Source: an uncultured Lachnospiraceae bacterium (lineage in GTDB: Bacteria > Bacillota > Clostridia > Lachnospirales > Lachnospiraceae). Taken from it: 64,000 nt of DNA. Where the stretch lies: positions 7,014 through 71,013 of the forward strand of contig CAMIYN010000001.1 in the NCBI GenBank assembly GCA_946403075.1. The letters are read 5' to 3'. Both the position numbers and the translations under genes were made by a program. This document shows, one piece after another, positions 1 to 9,374 of the stretch. A model generated the notes under the pieces. The model was not told the origin of the DNA. It saw only the letters and a program-made list of their open reading frames with translations, and made no database searches. Every line of letters begins with the position of its first letter. Positions within the stretch are counted from its first letter, which is position 1.

Positions 1-359
1 TCATTATACGGAGGATTTCCAACTATTATCAGTTTTTCATTTTCTTTTATTTTATAATTTTTTCTCTGGGTATTAGTAAATAGATTATTATTAAAATACT
101 CAACAAAAGGAAAATATCCTTTTGCTTTTTTTATTGCAACACTATCTATATCATTCCCTATATATCTATTGTCTTTATATTCTTCTTTTAATTGAAAAAA
201 TGCACCATAACCACAACTCGGATCCATTATAGTCCATTGCCCATTTATTGCATACACATGCATCCACATTTTTACAATATCTACATATTTTTTTGGTGTA
301 TAAAAACTTCCAAAGTTTATTCGATTTTTATAAGTCAAATGTTTCGCAAAATCATTCAT
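1..359 (-). CDS. N6-adenine DNA methyltransferase, gamma group (TaqI/Eco57I-like); only the N-terminal ~119 codons, gene runs off the window
   Basis: Absent from the ORF track because no stop lies in the window. Manual minus-strand translation from ATG 359-357 (SD GGGAGA = + strand tctccc 364-369) gives MNDFAKHLTYKNRINFGSFYTPKKYVDIVKMW...IMDPSCGYGAFFQLKEEY...KLIIVGNPPYN. Motif order X (GSFYTP), I (DPSCGYGAFF), IV (NPPY) is the gamma-class adenine MTase signature. Confidence 0.7.
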   Translation of the reverse strand, partial: MNDFAKHLTYKNRINFGSFYTPKKYVDIVKMWMHVYAINGQWTIMDPSCGYGAFFQLKEEYKDNRYIGNDIDSVAIKKAKGYFPFVEYFNNNLFTNTQRKNYKIKENEKLIIVGNPPYN

Positions 360-632
360 AATTTCTCCCATTTATTGTAACAAAACCTTTTTTACATATA
401 AAAACATACTACTTAATATTATACTCCAAAAAAAATAAAAAATCATAATGATTTTATGCTTTTTTATTAAAATTCTATAAGATTTGAGAATTTTTGCCAT
501 ATTTTACTTAAGTTTTAGTAAGTGCAAATAACTTTAATAGAGCACAATGTTTTTACATATAGCAAATAGGAAATCTCCAAAACTCTTTAATTTATAAACT
601 ATTTTCTTATATGTCTTTTACTATTTAGCTAT

Positions 633-998
633 TTAATTATTATTTTTATCAACTATCCCAAAACTCATATCAATTAAGTTTTTTATCTTATCTTCACTAA
701 CTTTGCTAATTTCAATGCTTATCCAATGTTTTTTATTCATATGATATGCTGGGGCAAAGCCATTAGTATTCTTTATAGATATTATAAAATCAGGTTCACT
801 TTTCACATTCATTATATCAATTTTATGATTTTTATTAGAACTCCTATACACTTTATTATATGGCACATCCATAATTATAGCAAACCATTTCTTTTTATTA
901 TTTCTAAATACAATATAATCTGGTGTATCTTCCCACAAAGACACACTTTCTATTTTATATTTTTTATATATGTATTTTTTTATCTCTTCTCTATTCAT
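633..998 (-). CDS. MmcQ/YjbR family DNA-binding protein
   Basis: 121-aa ORF. The C-terminal segment ...GFAPAYHMNKKHWISIEI... matches the hallmark ending of YjbR/MmcQ proteins. Confidence 0.65.
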   Translation of the reverse strand: MNREEIKKYIYKKYKIESVSLWEDTPDYIVFRNNKKKWFAIIMDVPYNKVYRSSNKNHKIDIMNVKSEPDFIISIKNTNGFAPAYHMNKKHWISIEISKVSEDKIKNLIDMSFGIVDKNNN

Positions 999-1122
999 CT
1001 GTTTAACAATAAGATATAGAAACCTCTAATTCTATATGATTTTTAAATTTTTTTTAAAACGACTGAATAATAATGGCTAAATAGAAAACCTCAGATAAAT
1101 TGTTAGTTTTTTAGAGGTTCCC

Positions 1123-2328
1123 TTAATTTATTTTCAACTCTATACTATTTTTATCAAGTAAGCTTTTTAACTCTTCATTTGTTTTTCCTACTATTTTACC
1201 AAGTTTAGTATACGACCACATATTGCTTCCATAAAACAAAACTATATTACTATCATTATATAAAACTATATCGCCAGGCTCTGCTAATATTTCAGTGTTA
1301 TTACTCACTATACTCTGTCCTATTTCTCCAACCTGCTCAAAACCACCATATTGATGAGTATTGATTATAAGACCTTTATTTTTTATAATTTCTTTTAATT
1401 CTTTTACTGAATTATTATCTTCCCATTCAACATCAACTTTTTTATTATCAATGTATAAATTCATATCTCTTCCTTTTTCATCTTTTGTTTCTATATTATT
1501 ATTTATTATACTATCTTTTAACAAATTGTTTAGTTCAGGTTCTTTACTTTCTATCATTTCAAAATTTTGCAATGAAGCATTTTGCCAAGAATTACTATCT
1601 GATAAATTTTGACCAAATAGCATATTTATAATAAAACCTATAATAAGTGCTAACATAATATAAATTAGCCTTTTTAAAACACTATTATCCTTTTTAGATA
1701 TTTCTTTTATGATATTTGAAACATTATGTCCTATAAATATAAAAAATGTAATCATACAAATATTTTCTATAAAAACCAAAATAGCAGCTTTTTCATAATC
1801 TAAAAAGGCAAAATGTGTTTTAAAAGTAATATAATTTATTATTCCACTTTTTATAAATAAATAAAACCCATATCCAGAAACAACAGTAAATATAATAGCT
1901 AATACACTTTTTATCTTGATTTGTATTTTTGCCATCATCACATTTATATGCATTCCTATATGCAGTCCCATAAAAATAAATGCCAAATATGAAAATGCCA
2001 AATGCATAACTCTTGCAGTATTTACATTAATTAAATTATATAGAAATGGTACAGCATGATTACTCATTGATACCCCAGAAATCGCAGTTAATGCAAATGA
2101 AATTAAAAGTAATAAATTTATCATCACACTAAATATTCTAAAAAGTTTATAAGACCCTTTAAATAAGCCTTGATACCATTTTCTATTTATAATTTGATGA
2201 AGTATGAGCAATATCACCATACTAACACCAAACCACTCATGCAGTGCTTCGCCTGTTACTTGGTATGCCATAAGCGGGATTAAAATAATACTCATTATAC
2301 CATCTATAATTTTTTTTATTTTATTCAT
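1123..2328 (-). CDS. Membrane protein (DUF4405/cytochrome-b-like N-terminal half) fused to a cyclophilin-like-fold C-terminal domain
   Basis: 401 aa. About 6 hydrophobic helices fill the first ~230 aa. The soluble C-terminus ...HQYGGFEQVGEIG...EPGDIVLYNDSNIVLFYGSNMWSYTKLGKI resembles the small cyclophilin-like proteins that accompany flavodoxins in Clostridia. Family call is from memory. Confidence 0.45.
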   Translation of the reverse strand: MNKIKKIIDGIMSIILIPLMAYQVTGEALHEWFGVSMVILLILHQIINRKWYQGLFKGSYKLFRIFSVMINLLLLISFALTAISGVSMSNHAVPFLYNLINVNTARVMHLAFSYLAFIFMGLHIGMHINVMMAKIQIKIKSVLAIIFTVVSGYGFYLFIKSGIINYITFKTHFAFLDYEKAAILVFIENICMITFFIFIGHNVSNIIKEISKKDNSVLKRLIYIMLALIIGFIINMLFGQNLSDSNSWQNASLQNFEMIESKEPELNNLLKDSIINNNIETKDEKGRDMNLYIDNKKVDVEWEDNNSVKELKEIIKNKGLIINTHQYGGFEQVGEIGQSIVSNNTEILAEPGDIVLYNDSNIVLFYGSNMWSYTKLGKIVGKTNEELKSLLDKNSIELKIN

Positions 2329-2408
2329 TTATAAACCTAAAATTTTTAAATACATTATGTTTTAACACAAGATATTTAAATCCTTTTTCCAAATTTTTTT
2401 ATATTTTA

Positions 2409-3167
2409 TTATTTGTTATTGTTTATGAAATTTTGTATATTATTTGTGTCTGCACTACTATTTAACCTTTCACCATTTACAAAATTTCCGCTCCCTGCAA
2501 GAGTTCCCAAGTTAGTTCCACTTCTACCTATGCCGCTTCCACCAGATGTGCAAAATGGTATAACTTTCTTTCCATCAAAATTATACTTTTCTACAAATGT
2601 TGCCATTATTCTTGGTGCATCGCCCCACCAGATTGGGTATCCAAGATAAATTGTATCATATGAAGATATATCAATATCATCACTTCCTATCTCTGGGCGA
2701 ACATTTTTATCATTCATTTCTTTTGTGCTTCTACTATTATTATCATGCCAATCTAAATCTGCTGCACTATATTGATTAAGTGGTACTATTTCATAAATAT
2801 CAGCATCAGTTAATTCAGCAATTTTCTCAGCTACTCTTTTAGTTGTTCCAGTAGCAGAAAAATATGCGACCAAAATATTATTGCTTGTCATTGTGTTGAC
2901 CAATTCAGTCTCTTTTGTTTCATTTATTTTTTCTATGTCTTTTTCAATCTCATTATCTTGTTTACTCACTTCATCAAATAACATCATTTCACCAATTGTT
3001 TCTGTTTTTGTCTCATTATTTACAATTTCATCTTCTGTTGTATCCAATATAGCATTAGTATTTTCTATAAAACTTCCTTGGTTTACATTACTGCTATCAT
3101 TACAGCCTACAAGAAATACAGCGATTAATACTGCTATATTAATTAATAATAATTTAAATATTTTCAT
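2409..3167 (-). CDS. Flavodoxin-family protein with lipoprotein signal peptide
   Basis: 252 aa. Signal peptide with lipobox LVGC, then an Asn/Glu/Thr-rich linker. Flavodoxin-like domain follows: ILVAYFSATGTTKRVAEKIA ... YLGYPIWWGDAPRIM ... IPFCTSGGSGIG. Confidence 0.75.
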   Translation of the reverse strand: MKIFKLLLINIAVLIAVFLVGCNDSSNVNQGSFIENTNAILDTTEDEIVNNETKTETIGEMMLFDEVSKQDNEIEKDIEKINETKETELVNTMTSNNILVAYFSATGTTKRVAEKIAELTDADIYEIVPLNQYSAADLDWHDNNSRSTKEMNDKNVRPEIGSDDIDISSYDTIYLGYPIWWGDAPRIMATFVEKYNFDGKKVIPFCTSGGSGIGRSGTNLGTLAGSGNFVNGERLNSSADTNNIQNFINNNK

Positions 3168-3199
3168 TTTAATAACCCCCTATATAATACTTATTTTTA

Positions 3200-3544
3200 T
3201 TATTTTCTAATAAATTTTTCATTTTTTTCCATATCTTTATCATCACTTATATATTTTTCAACTTTCATATGCAAATCATATTTATTCCTTAAAGCCATTA
3301 TTTTACTCATAGTTTCAAAATTATGATGCAAATCAAGTGCCTCTTGATTTTCCCAACTATCAATCAAGAGAATAGTATTTTCATCATTTAAAGGAATAAA
3401 ATATTCATATCTCAAATTACCTTTTTTTGATCTTATTTCATCCACTATTCCGCTTTGTATCATTTCTTCTGCAAATTTTTTTGCATTGCCATTTTCACTT
3501 TTATAATAAATATTAAATGTTAAATTCACAAACTTACTTCTCAC
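3200..3544 (-). CDS. ABM (antibiotic-biosynthesis-monooxygenase-like / putative quinol monooxygenase) domain protein
   Basis: 114 aa, GTG start. ...LRYEYFIPLNDENTILLIDSWENQEALDLHH... fits the ABM pattern (Y.. ....E.W.. .AL..H). Confidence 0.55.
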   Translation of the reverse strand: MRSKFVNLTFNIYYKSENGNAKKFAEEMIQSGIVDEIRSKKGNLRYEYFIPLNDENTILLIDSWENQEALDLHHNFETMSKIMALRNKYDLHMKVEKYISDDKDMEKNEKFIRK

Positions 3545-3550
3545 TTATTT

Positions 3551-3859
3551 CTAATAATCAACTACTTCAAGCCATTCAGTGGTAACATCAACCCCAGGCA
3601 CTTCTACTGAAATATGCGAAAACCAACTATCAATTCTTGCACCATGCCAATGTTTTACATTTACAGGAATATTTACTATATCGCCAGGTTTTAATTCTCT
3701 TCTCTCTTTCGAATCTTCTTGATAATAACCATATCCAGCAATACATATGAGTATTTGCCCTCCACCTGATTTTGATAGATGCTTATGCCAATTATTTCTA
3801 CATCCAGGTTCAAATGTCACATTATACATACTAACTTGTTCAGTACATATTGGATACAA
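3551..3859 (-). CDS. Cupin domain protein (start unresolved)
   Basis: VTFEPGCRNNWHKH ... GDIVNIPVNVKHWHGA is a classic two-motif cupin. The ORF-track start is a TTG. Cupin-like sequence (..LDLEASYGKYFVGKSYL..) continues in frame upstream to about 3952, overlapping the end of the preceding gene, with no ATG/GTG. Confidence 0.7.
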   Translation of the reverse strand: MYPICTEQVSMYNVTFEPGCRNNWHKHLSKSGGGQILICIAGYGYYQEDSKERRELKPGDIVNIPVNVKHWHGARIDSWFSHISVEVPGVDVTTEWLEVVDY

Positions 3860-3903
3860 ATAGCTCTTCCCTACAAAATATTTTCCATATGATGCCTCTA
3901 AAT

Positions 3904-4446
3904 CTAATTCATCTTGCCACAGTTTCCAACTTTGTTGCCCAAAACAAAATATTCATATGTTGGAAACTCAAATAAGACTGGTTTAAATTTATGGTAATCA
4001 ATTTTTCCATTTTCATTTAAATAATCTTCATCTACATAAGTTGCAAGTATCTTACAAATAAAATTATCAAAATTATCTAATTCGTAATTTCCATCCATTT
4101 CACATTCTATTGATATTTTTGCATCATCTATAAGCGGTGCACCATTTTCTCCTTTAGTCCATTTGAAAAAATTAGATTTATCTTCTTTATTGCCACTTAT
4201 TGTCCCCATCTTATCTGCCTCTTTAATCCATGATTCATCAACTATATTAATAGATAGTTTTTTATTTGCATTTATTCCCTTATTAATATAATGTGCTTTT
4301 ACAAGTGAAACCATCAAATGACTATGTGCTACAGTCCCCGCATGTGCTGCCAAAGTCCAAGTTGGTTTTTCATCAACAAATGCTCCTACTACTATTGTAG
4401 GACATGGATATAAAGCTAAAGTTTTTCCTATATTTTTTTTATTCAT
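3904..4446 (-). CDS. Flavin reductase-like (FMN-binding split-barrel) protein
   Basis: 180 aa. N-terminal LYPCPTIVVGAFVDEKPTWTLAAHAG and overall length fit the flavin reductase domain family. Confidence 0.6.
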   Translation of the reverse strand: MNKKNIGKTLALYPCPTIVVGAFVDEKPTWTLAAHAGTVAHSHLMVSLVKAHYINKGINANKKLSINIVDESWIKEADKMGTISGNKEDKSNFFKWTKGENGAPLIDDAKISIECEMDGNYELDNFDNFICKILATYVDEDYLNENGKIDYHKFKPVLFEFPTYEYFVLGNKVGNCGKMN

Positions 4447-4515
4447 ATTCCCCTCTCTTTATTTATTTTTAAGGCAACATCAAATTTATAAATTGTAGAT
4501 TTTTTAGATATTTCC

Positions 4516-5430
4516 TCAAAATATTATATTTACAATTATTCCGCTTACAAATGAAAATAATATTGTATAAATTATATAAATTATAAAATTTTTTATGCCA
4601 AGACATATTTTAAGTGCCCCAAGATTTGTAATTTTTGTAGCAGGTCCTGTAATCATAAACGAAGTCGCTGCCCCCATACTCATACCATTTGAAAGCCAAC
4701 TACGAAGTAATGGTATAGTTCCACCACCACACACATAGAGAGGCACCCCAATTGTAGCAGCCATCAAAACTCCCCATGCTTTATTTCCTCCAAATAATGA
4801 TACCATCACTTCTTCTTTGATATGCAATTGAAAAATCGCTGATAACACTATCCCTATAATAAAATATGGGAAAGTTGCTCTTATATTTCTCCAAACATTT
4901 TTTATATATCTTATAAACAAAATACTATCTATATCTCTATTTTTTATCGGTTCATCAAATTTTGAAAAGTCAAAAAATTTTTCATTTTTCTTTTTATAAA
5001 AAATATATACAAATAAACCTGCAATAATTCCACAAAGTGTACAACTTACAACTCTTATCATTACCATCATATTTCCAAGAGCTACACTATATATTATTAA
5101 CTGTGGATTAAGAAGTATAGAAGCCATACAAAATGATGCAATATAATCTTCTCTCATTCCTTTTTTTTCAAACGATGCCGCAATAGGTATTGTTCCATAC
5201 ATGCAAAGTGGTGATATTATTCCAAGAATGCAAGAGATGACTATGCCAAATAATCCCCACTTACTTTGATTTATATTCGACATTATAATATAGATTTTAT
5301 TTTTTGCGAATACCGAAACAAACGAACCTATTAAAATGCCTATCACATAATAAAAGAATATCTGCCTAAACTGGACATCTATGAAATACCATAAATATAT
5401 AAACTCTCGTTCTATAACTTCCATACTCAA
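4516..5430 (-). CDS. Predicted permease (ArsP_1/YraQ-like family)
   Basis: 304 aa, polytopic. Paired motifs ISPLCMYGTIPIAASF and VPLYVCGGGTIPLLRSW are typical of this permease family. Confidence 0.55.
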   Translation of the reverse strand: MSMEVIEREFIYLWYFIDVQFRQIFFYYVIGILIGSFVSVFAKNKIYIIMSNINQSKWGLFGIVISCILGIISPLCMYGTIPIAASFEKKGMREDYIASFCMASILLNPQLIIYSVALGNMMVMIRVVSCTLCGIIAGLFVYIFYKKKNEKFFDFSKFDEPIKNRDIDSILFIRYIKNVWRNIRATFPYFIIGIVLSAIFQLHIKEEVMVSLFGGNKAWGVLMAATIGVPLYVCGGGTIPLLRSWLSNGMSMGAATSFMITGPATKITNLGALKICLGIKNFIIYIIYTILFSFVSGIIVNIIF

Positions 5431-5432
5431 TA

Positions 5433-6575
5433 TTAATCAATATTTTCTAATTCATATTCTCTTGTTCCAAGTCCTATGTCAGCAGCATGTTCTAATGTAT
5501 GTTCTCCATGTTGCTGATTAATTCTATTTACAAGTGATTCTCTTCCCTCTGCTTTATATACCAAATCAAGACAAGCCTGGTCAAGTGCAACAGGATCATT
5601 TGAAGCAAGTATTCCTATGTCATGAATATCTGGTTCAGCAGGGTTTCCATTACAATCGCAATCAATTGAAAGCCTATTCATAACATTTATATATGTCATT
5701 TTTTTGCCATTGTCATAGTAGTCAGACATACCTTTTACCATTTCTGCAAGTGCTTCAAGCCAATCATCTTGTTTGTCATACCATATACTACCAGTAGTTT
5801 TTGTCCCTGCAGTGTGAACCAAAACTTTTCCAGAAGCAGATGACATACCAATACCTACATTTTTTATGGCTCCTCCATATCCAGCCATTTGATGCCCCTT
5901 AAAATGGGAAAGAACTATCACACTATCATATTTTTTTATGTGATCTCCTGTGATAAGTCTTGTAAGTCTTTTACCACCTGTTACTGGTATATCCATCTCC
6001 CCATCTTCATCCATTATGTCAACTTCTGCGATATCAGTATAACCATGATCTTTTGCTACTTGCTTATGCATAGCAGATTCTGCTCTTGGTCCACCATATG
6101 CTGTATTGCACTCTATGATAGTGCCATTTACTTTTTTTACTAAATCACCAATTAACTCTGCTCTCAAATAATTACTCCTTGGTGGTTCACCTGTTGAAAT
6201 CTTTACTCCAACATTGCCAGTTGGCTCCCATCCCAATTTTTCATAAATTTTAACAAGCGAATCTGCTGTTATTTCTTTTGTAAAATAAACTTTTGATGCC
6301 ATATTATTTTCTCCTTTTACATTTTCATTATTATTTAATAATTTTTCATTATCAATTATAACACTATTATTTATTTCAGTCTCATTAATATTATTAATTT
6401 CTGTGTCTTCAAATAGTGCTGTTGTTTCTATTTCTTTTGTTTCTTCTATTGTTTCTTTTATAGGATTTTCTGTCAACTGTGTAGTGTTTTTATCACAACC
6501 TACAAAAATACTCCATATCATTAACATTAATCCTAAAATCAAAATACTCTTCTTTTTCATATTTCCACCTTTCAT
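5433..6575 (-). CDS. DUF362 domain protein with lipoprotein signal peptide
   Basis: 380 aa. Lipobox FVGC, then an Asn/Glu/Thr-rich linker. DUF362-like core follows: KVYFTKEI...VKISTGE...TIIECNTAYGG...VLSHFKGHQMAGYGGAIKN...DCDCNG. Confidence 0.6.
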   Translation of the reverse strand: MKGGNMKKKSILILGLMLMIWSIFVGCDKNTTQLTENPIKETIEETKEIETTALFEDTEINNINETEINNSVIIDNEKLLNNNENVKGENNMASKVYFTKEITADSLVKIYEKLGWEPTGNVGVKISTGEPPRSNYLRAELIGDLVKKVNGTIIECNTAYGGPRAESAMHKQVAKDHGYTDIAEVDIMDEDGEMDIPVTGGKRLTRLITGDHIKKYDSVIVLSHFKGHQMAGYGGAIKNVGIGMSSASGKVLVHTAGTKTTGSIWYDKQDDWLEALAEMVKGMSDYYDNGKKMTYINVMNRLSIDCDCNGNPAEPDIHDIGILASNDPVALDQACLDLVYKAEGRESLVNRINQQHGEHTLEHAADIGLGTREYELENID

Positions 6576-6577
6576 AT

Positions 6578-7135
6578 TTACATAACTAATTTTGTTTCAT
6601 TTTTATGAAACTTTACCAAACCAGTCTTGTGCAAAGAGAGCATAAGACTTGGTATAAATATTAATTGAAAAATAATTCCAGGGACTGCATTTAAAAATGC
6701 TCCTGCCATAAACATTTGCCAAGTAAATACACTTCCATTTATTCCCAAAAGAATTATTTGTGCTATACCCCATACAACTCTACCTAAAATCATTGCTAAA
6801 ATAAGTGATTCATATAAAGCAATAATACATTTCCATCTTGAATTTTTATAGACAAATCCCACAACGAAGCCATACATAGCAAGTTCAACTGACATAGAAA
6901 TTGCTGTTGGATATAATGGGGGCATACCAAATGTGAAATGCCTAAGTATTGGTAGTATAATTCCTATTGTCAATCCATACATTGGTCCCACAATCAGTCC
7001 ACACAAAAATACTGGTAAATGCATTGGTAAAAAAGCATTGCCAAGCTGTTTAAGTTGACCAGTTAATAGTGGCAACACAAGTCCTAATGCTATAAATATA
7101 GCAGATAAAGTTAAATTTTTTGTCTTTACTGACAT
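6578..7135 (-). CDS. ECF transporter S component (substrate unknown)
   Basis: 185 aa with ~6 TM helices. LPMHLPVFLCGLIVGPMYG...GMPPLYPTAISMSVELAMYG is typical of ECF substrate-capture subunits. No ECF A/T genes are adjacent. Confidence 0.6.
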   Translation of the reverse strand: MSVKTKNLTLSAIFIALGLVLPLLTGQLKQLGNAFLPMHLPVFLCGLIVGPMYGLTIGIILPILRHFTFGMPPLYPTAISMSVELAMYGFVVGFVYKNSRWKCIIALYESLILAMILGRVVWGIAQIILLGINGSVFTWQMFMAGAFLNAVPGIIFQLIFIPSLMLSLHKTGLVKFHKNETKLVM

Positions 7136-7286
7136 ATTACCTCCTTTGTTAATAATTATATTTTTAATTTTTATTAAAAAATATAATAATCTCTAATATA
7201 AATATTTAAAAAAATTAATTTTGAAAAATATTAATAGTATAGGCTCAATAATAAATTATTCCAACAAACAAATTTAAAATCGTTCC

Positions 7287-7895
7287 TTAAATAATCTTCA
7301 TAATAAAATTATAAGTTAAATTATAAATTGTATTTCCATTCCACTTGTGTCCTGCCAACTCCATTGCTCTCATTTGTTTTTTTGTTACAAAAGAATATGG
7401 ATATAAGGCATAAATGAAAGGAAAAAACATATATGTGATTTTATCAATTTCTTTCTTTTCTAATAAAGGATTGTATTTAGAGAGAAGTTTAGAAAAAATC
7501 TTTATTGCTTTTAAAAATGCGACTTTAAAAGAAACAAGGCACTCCAATCTACAATTTTCTTCCATATCATAATTATTCATAGCCATAAGTTTTAATAGTT
7601 TAGTTCTATTTTCCAATGATTTAGCAATTTTATCTGCAAATGCTGTCTTTTTAAATTTTATTGTAGATTCATACATTTCATTTAATTCATCGCACCATCT
7701 CAAATATTCTTTTTCGTATAGTGCAAGAAATATTTCTTCTTTTGTTTCAAAATAATTATAAATAGATGCCCTAGTAAATGTAGTCTGTTTTGCTATATCT
7801 TTTATGGTGATATCTCTAAAACTCATAGTTTTATATAATTTTTCGCAAGCCAAAACAATCTCTTCTCTACGGGCATTAGTTACATCTTCTTTCAT
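7287..7895 (-). CDS. TetR/AcrR family transcriptional regulator
   Basis: HTH segment FRDITIKDIAKQTTFTRASIYNYFETKEEIF. The ORF-track start (7982) lies inside the predicted operator/+1 region of its own promoter, so the ATG at 7895 (MKEDVTNARREEI...) is preferred. Confidence 0.8.
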   Translation of the reverse strand: MKEDVTNARREEIVLACEKLYKTMSFRDITIKDIAKQTTFTRASIYNYFETKEEIFLALYEKEYLRWCDELNEMYESTIKFKKTAFADKIAKSLENRTKLLKLMAMNNYDMEENCRLECLVSFKVAFLKAIKIFSKLLSKYNPLLEKKEIDKITYMFFPFIYALYPYSFVTKKQMRAMELAGHKWNGNTIYNLTYNFIMKII

Positions 7896-7976
7896 AATTT
7901 TTTTTATCTTCGTTTTTTTGTTTTTTTCTTGGCTTTTTTTATTTTTTATCTTCACTTGTATTCTCCCAAATAAAAT

Positions 7977-8026
7977 TGACACAGTGTCAGTTTTTACATT
8001 ATATCATTTACCTGACACGGTGTCAA
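7977..8026 (-). promoter_or_regulatory. Consensus sigma-A promoter flanked or overlapped by two 13-bp perfect palindromes (putative TetR operators)
   Basis: The minus strand reads ATTGACA-CCGTGTCAGGTAAATGA-TATAAT-GTAAAAAC-TGACACTGTGTCA. The -35 TTGACA is the complement of 8021-8026, followed by an exact 17-nt spacer. The -10 TATAAT is the complement of 7998-8003. Palindromes TGACACGGTGTCA (8013-8025, overlaps -35) and TGACACAGTGTCA (7977-7989, at about +1). Confidence 0.6.
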
Positions 8027-8224
8027 TAATTTATTTTTTTAAAATCCATCAAGGAAACATTTATTATCTAGTAATTTTAAATTTATATTATTGGAAATTT
8101 TATTAAGTATTTATTTTAATTATCAAAATACTTTCATTAACAAATAATAATTATAATAATAATTTTTTACATTTTATCAGTTATTAGTTTTGTTGTTTTA
8201 GTATAATTAAATTTTGATCTAGTA

Positions 8225-9223
8225 TCATTTTTCCAAAATATGCAAATACTCAACTGTCGAATTGGCTTTATTAACCCTATTTGAATCTGCCTTAAATCTT
8301 TGATAGTCTGTATGCACCAAATCATAATGCCCATATTTTGACATAATTGATTTTATTACACTGCAAGGCATTAATCCTTCATTATTATACGATAAAAATA
8401 TGTATTTAAAATTAGCATTTTTTATTAAGCTATCAAATTCTTCTTTAACAGTATTTGATGAACAATACTTTGATTTGTTGTAATCCCGTAAACCTGTTTT
8501 TCCTTTAGGTGTAAATGTTTGATATTCAGCTATCGTATTCAATAAATGGTAATTGGCACCATATTGACGACTGTTATATGGTGGGTCAAGATATAATATA
8601 TCACCTTCAATTCTCTTTATTAATTCATTTGCATCTTCATTATACACAGCATGATCGTTTTCATTTATCTGATAGTCAGCTCCAACTAACACAAGATCTT
8701 TTTTAGCAGAACTCTTCAGGTGTTTTAGATAAGCTCCATATACACTTGCTGTATTTGCTACTTTATCTGCACACTCAAGCAAACTACATAATAAATAAAA
8801 ATATAAATTCTGAGATATTTTTAATCTTTCTTTCCAACAATTAATTTTTTTACGAATAGTATCAATCTTTTTCCCATTGTAATCAGAAAAAAACTGTCGC
8901 TCACCACTACCACCAAGACAATAATTTTTATATATAAAACCATTTGATACTAATTTTGAATTATTTAATTCATCTATGTATTCCTTTTTATTAGGGATAT
9001 CTATATGATTTTCAATATAATTTTTATTTATCACATAACTATAATATTCTAAATCATTGGCAATTACTTTTTTTGTTATAGTCTTAAATGTCCGTCCCAC
9101 AATTCCAGTACCAGCAAACAAATCACAAAAAACTTTTTTTGATAAATCTCTACCACATACTGATTTAATAGTTTCTGGAATAAAATTTTGGCACAATTTA
9201 AATTTTGAGCCTATATAGTTCAT
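8225..9223 (-). CDS. N6-adenine DNA methyltransferase (YxGSK ... FxGxG ... DPPY order; FokI/COG3392-type), apparently orphan
   Basis: MNYIGSKFKL... DLFAGTGIVG ... ILYLDPPYNSRQYGANYHLLN. Start moved to ATG 9223 (SD GAGGAGG upstream). The ORF-track TTG at 9244 overlaps the upstream mini-ORF. Confidence 0.8.
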   Translation of the reverse strand: MNYIGSKFKLCQNFIPETIKSVCGRDLSKKVFCDLFAGTGIVGRTFKTITKKVIANDLEYYSYVINKNYIENHIDIPNKKEYIDELNNSKLVSNGFIYKNYCLGGSGERQFFSDYNGKKIDTIRKKINCWKERLKISQNLYFYLLCSLLECADKVANTASVYGAYLKHLKSSAKKDLVLVGADYQINENDHAVYNEDANELIKRIEGDILYLDPPYNSRQYGANYHLLNTIAEYQTFTPKGKTGLRDYNKSKYCSSNTVKEEFDSLIKNANFKYIFLSYNNEGLMPCSVIKSIMSKYGHYDLVHTDYQRFKADSNRVNKANSTVEYLHILEK

Positions 9224-9224
9224 T

Positions 9225-9374
9225 TTAATATCCCACCTCCTCAAAGATAAGTTGATTTTTACTTACGAAATGCTCTATATATTTTAATTTTAGTGTTTTA
9301 CTAGTTCCAACAAATTGATAGTTAAGATGATATTTAAAAGTATTATAATCTACTATAAATACATGAATTGTCAT
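9225..9374 (-). CDS. 49-aa ORF, possibly the truncated N-terminus of a lost restriction/defence gene
   Basis: Manual translation gives MTIHVFIVDYNTFKYHLNYQFVGTSKTLKLKYIEHFVSKNQLIFEEVGY*. Its ATG overlaps the previous stop (TAATG), and its stop lies 1 nt before the MTase ATG. Too short for the ORF track. Confidence 0.3.
   Translation of the reverse strand: MTIHVFIVDYNTFKYHLNYQFVGTSKTLKLKYIEHFVSKNQLIFEEVGY

Noticed and set aside
1080-1122. Possible terminator hairpin AACCTC...GAGGTT downstream of the 1123-2328 gene.
   Set aside because: A 6-bp stem with a ~21-nt loop and a weak U-tract is not convincing as an intrinsic terminator.
7136-7286. Vitamin riboswitch upstream of the ECF S-component gene.
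   Set aside because: The 150-bp spacer is extremely AT-rich without paired GC stems. The gene more likely belongs to the TetR-controlled transcript.
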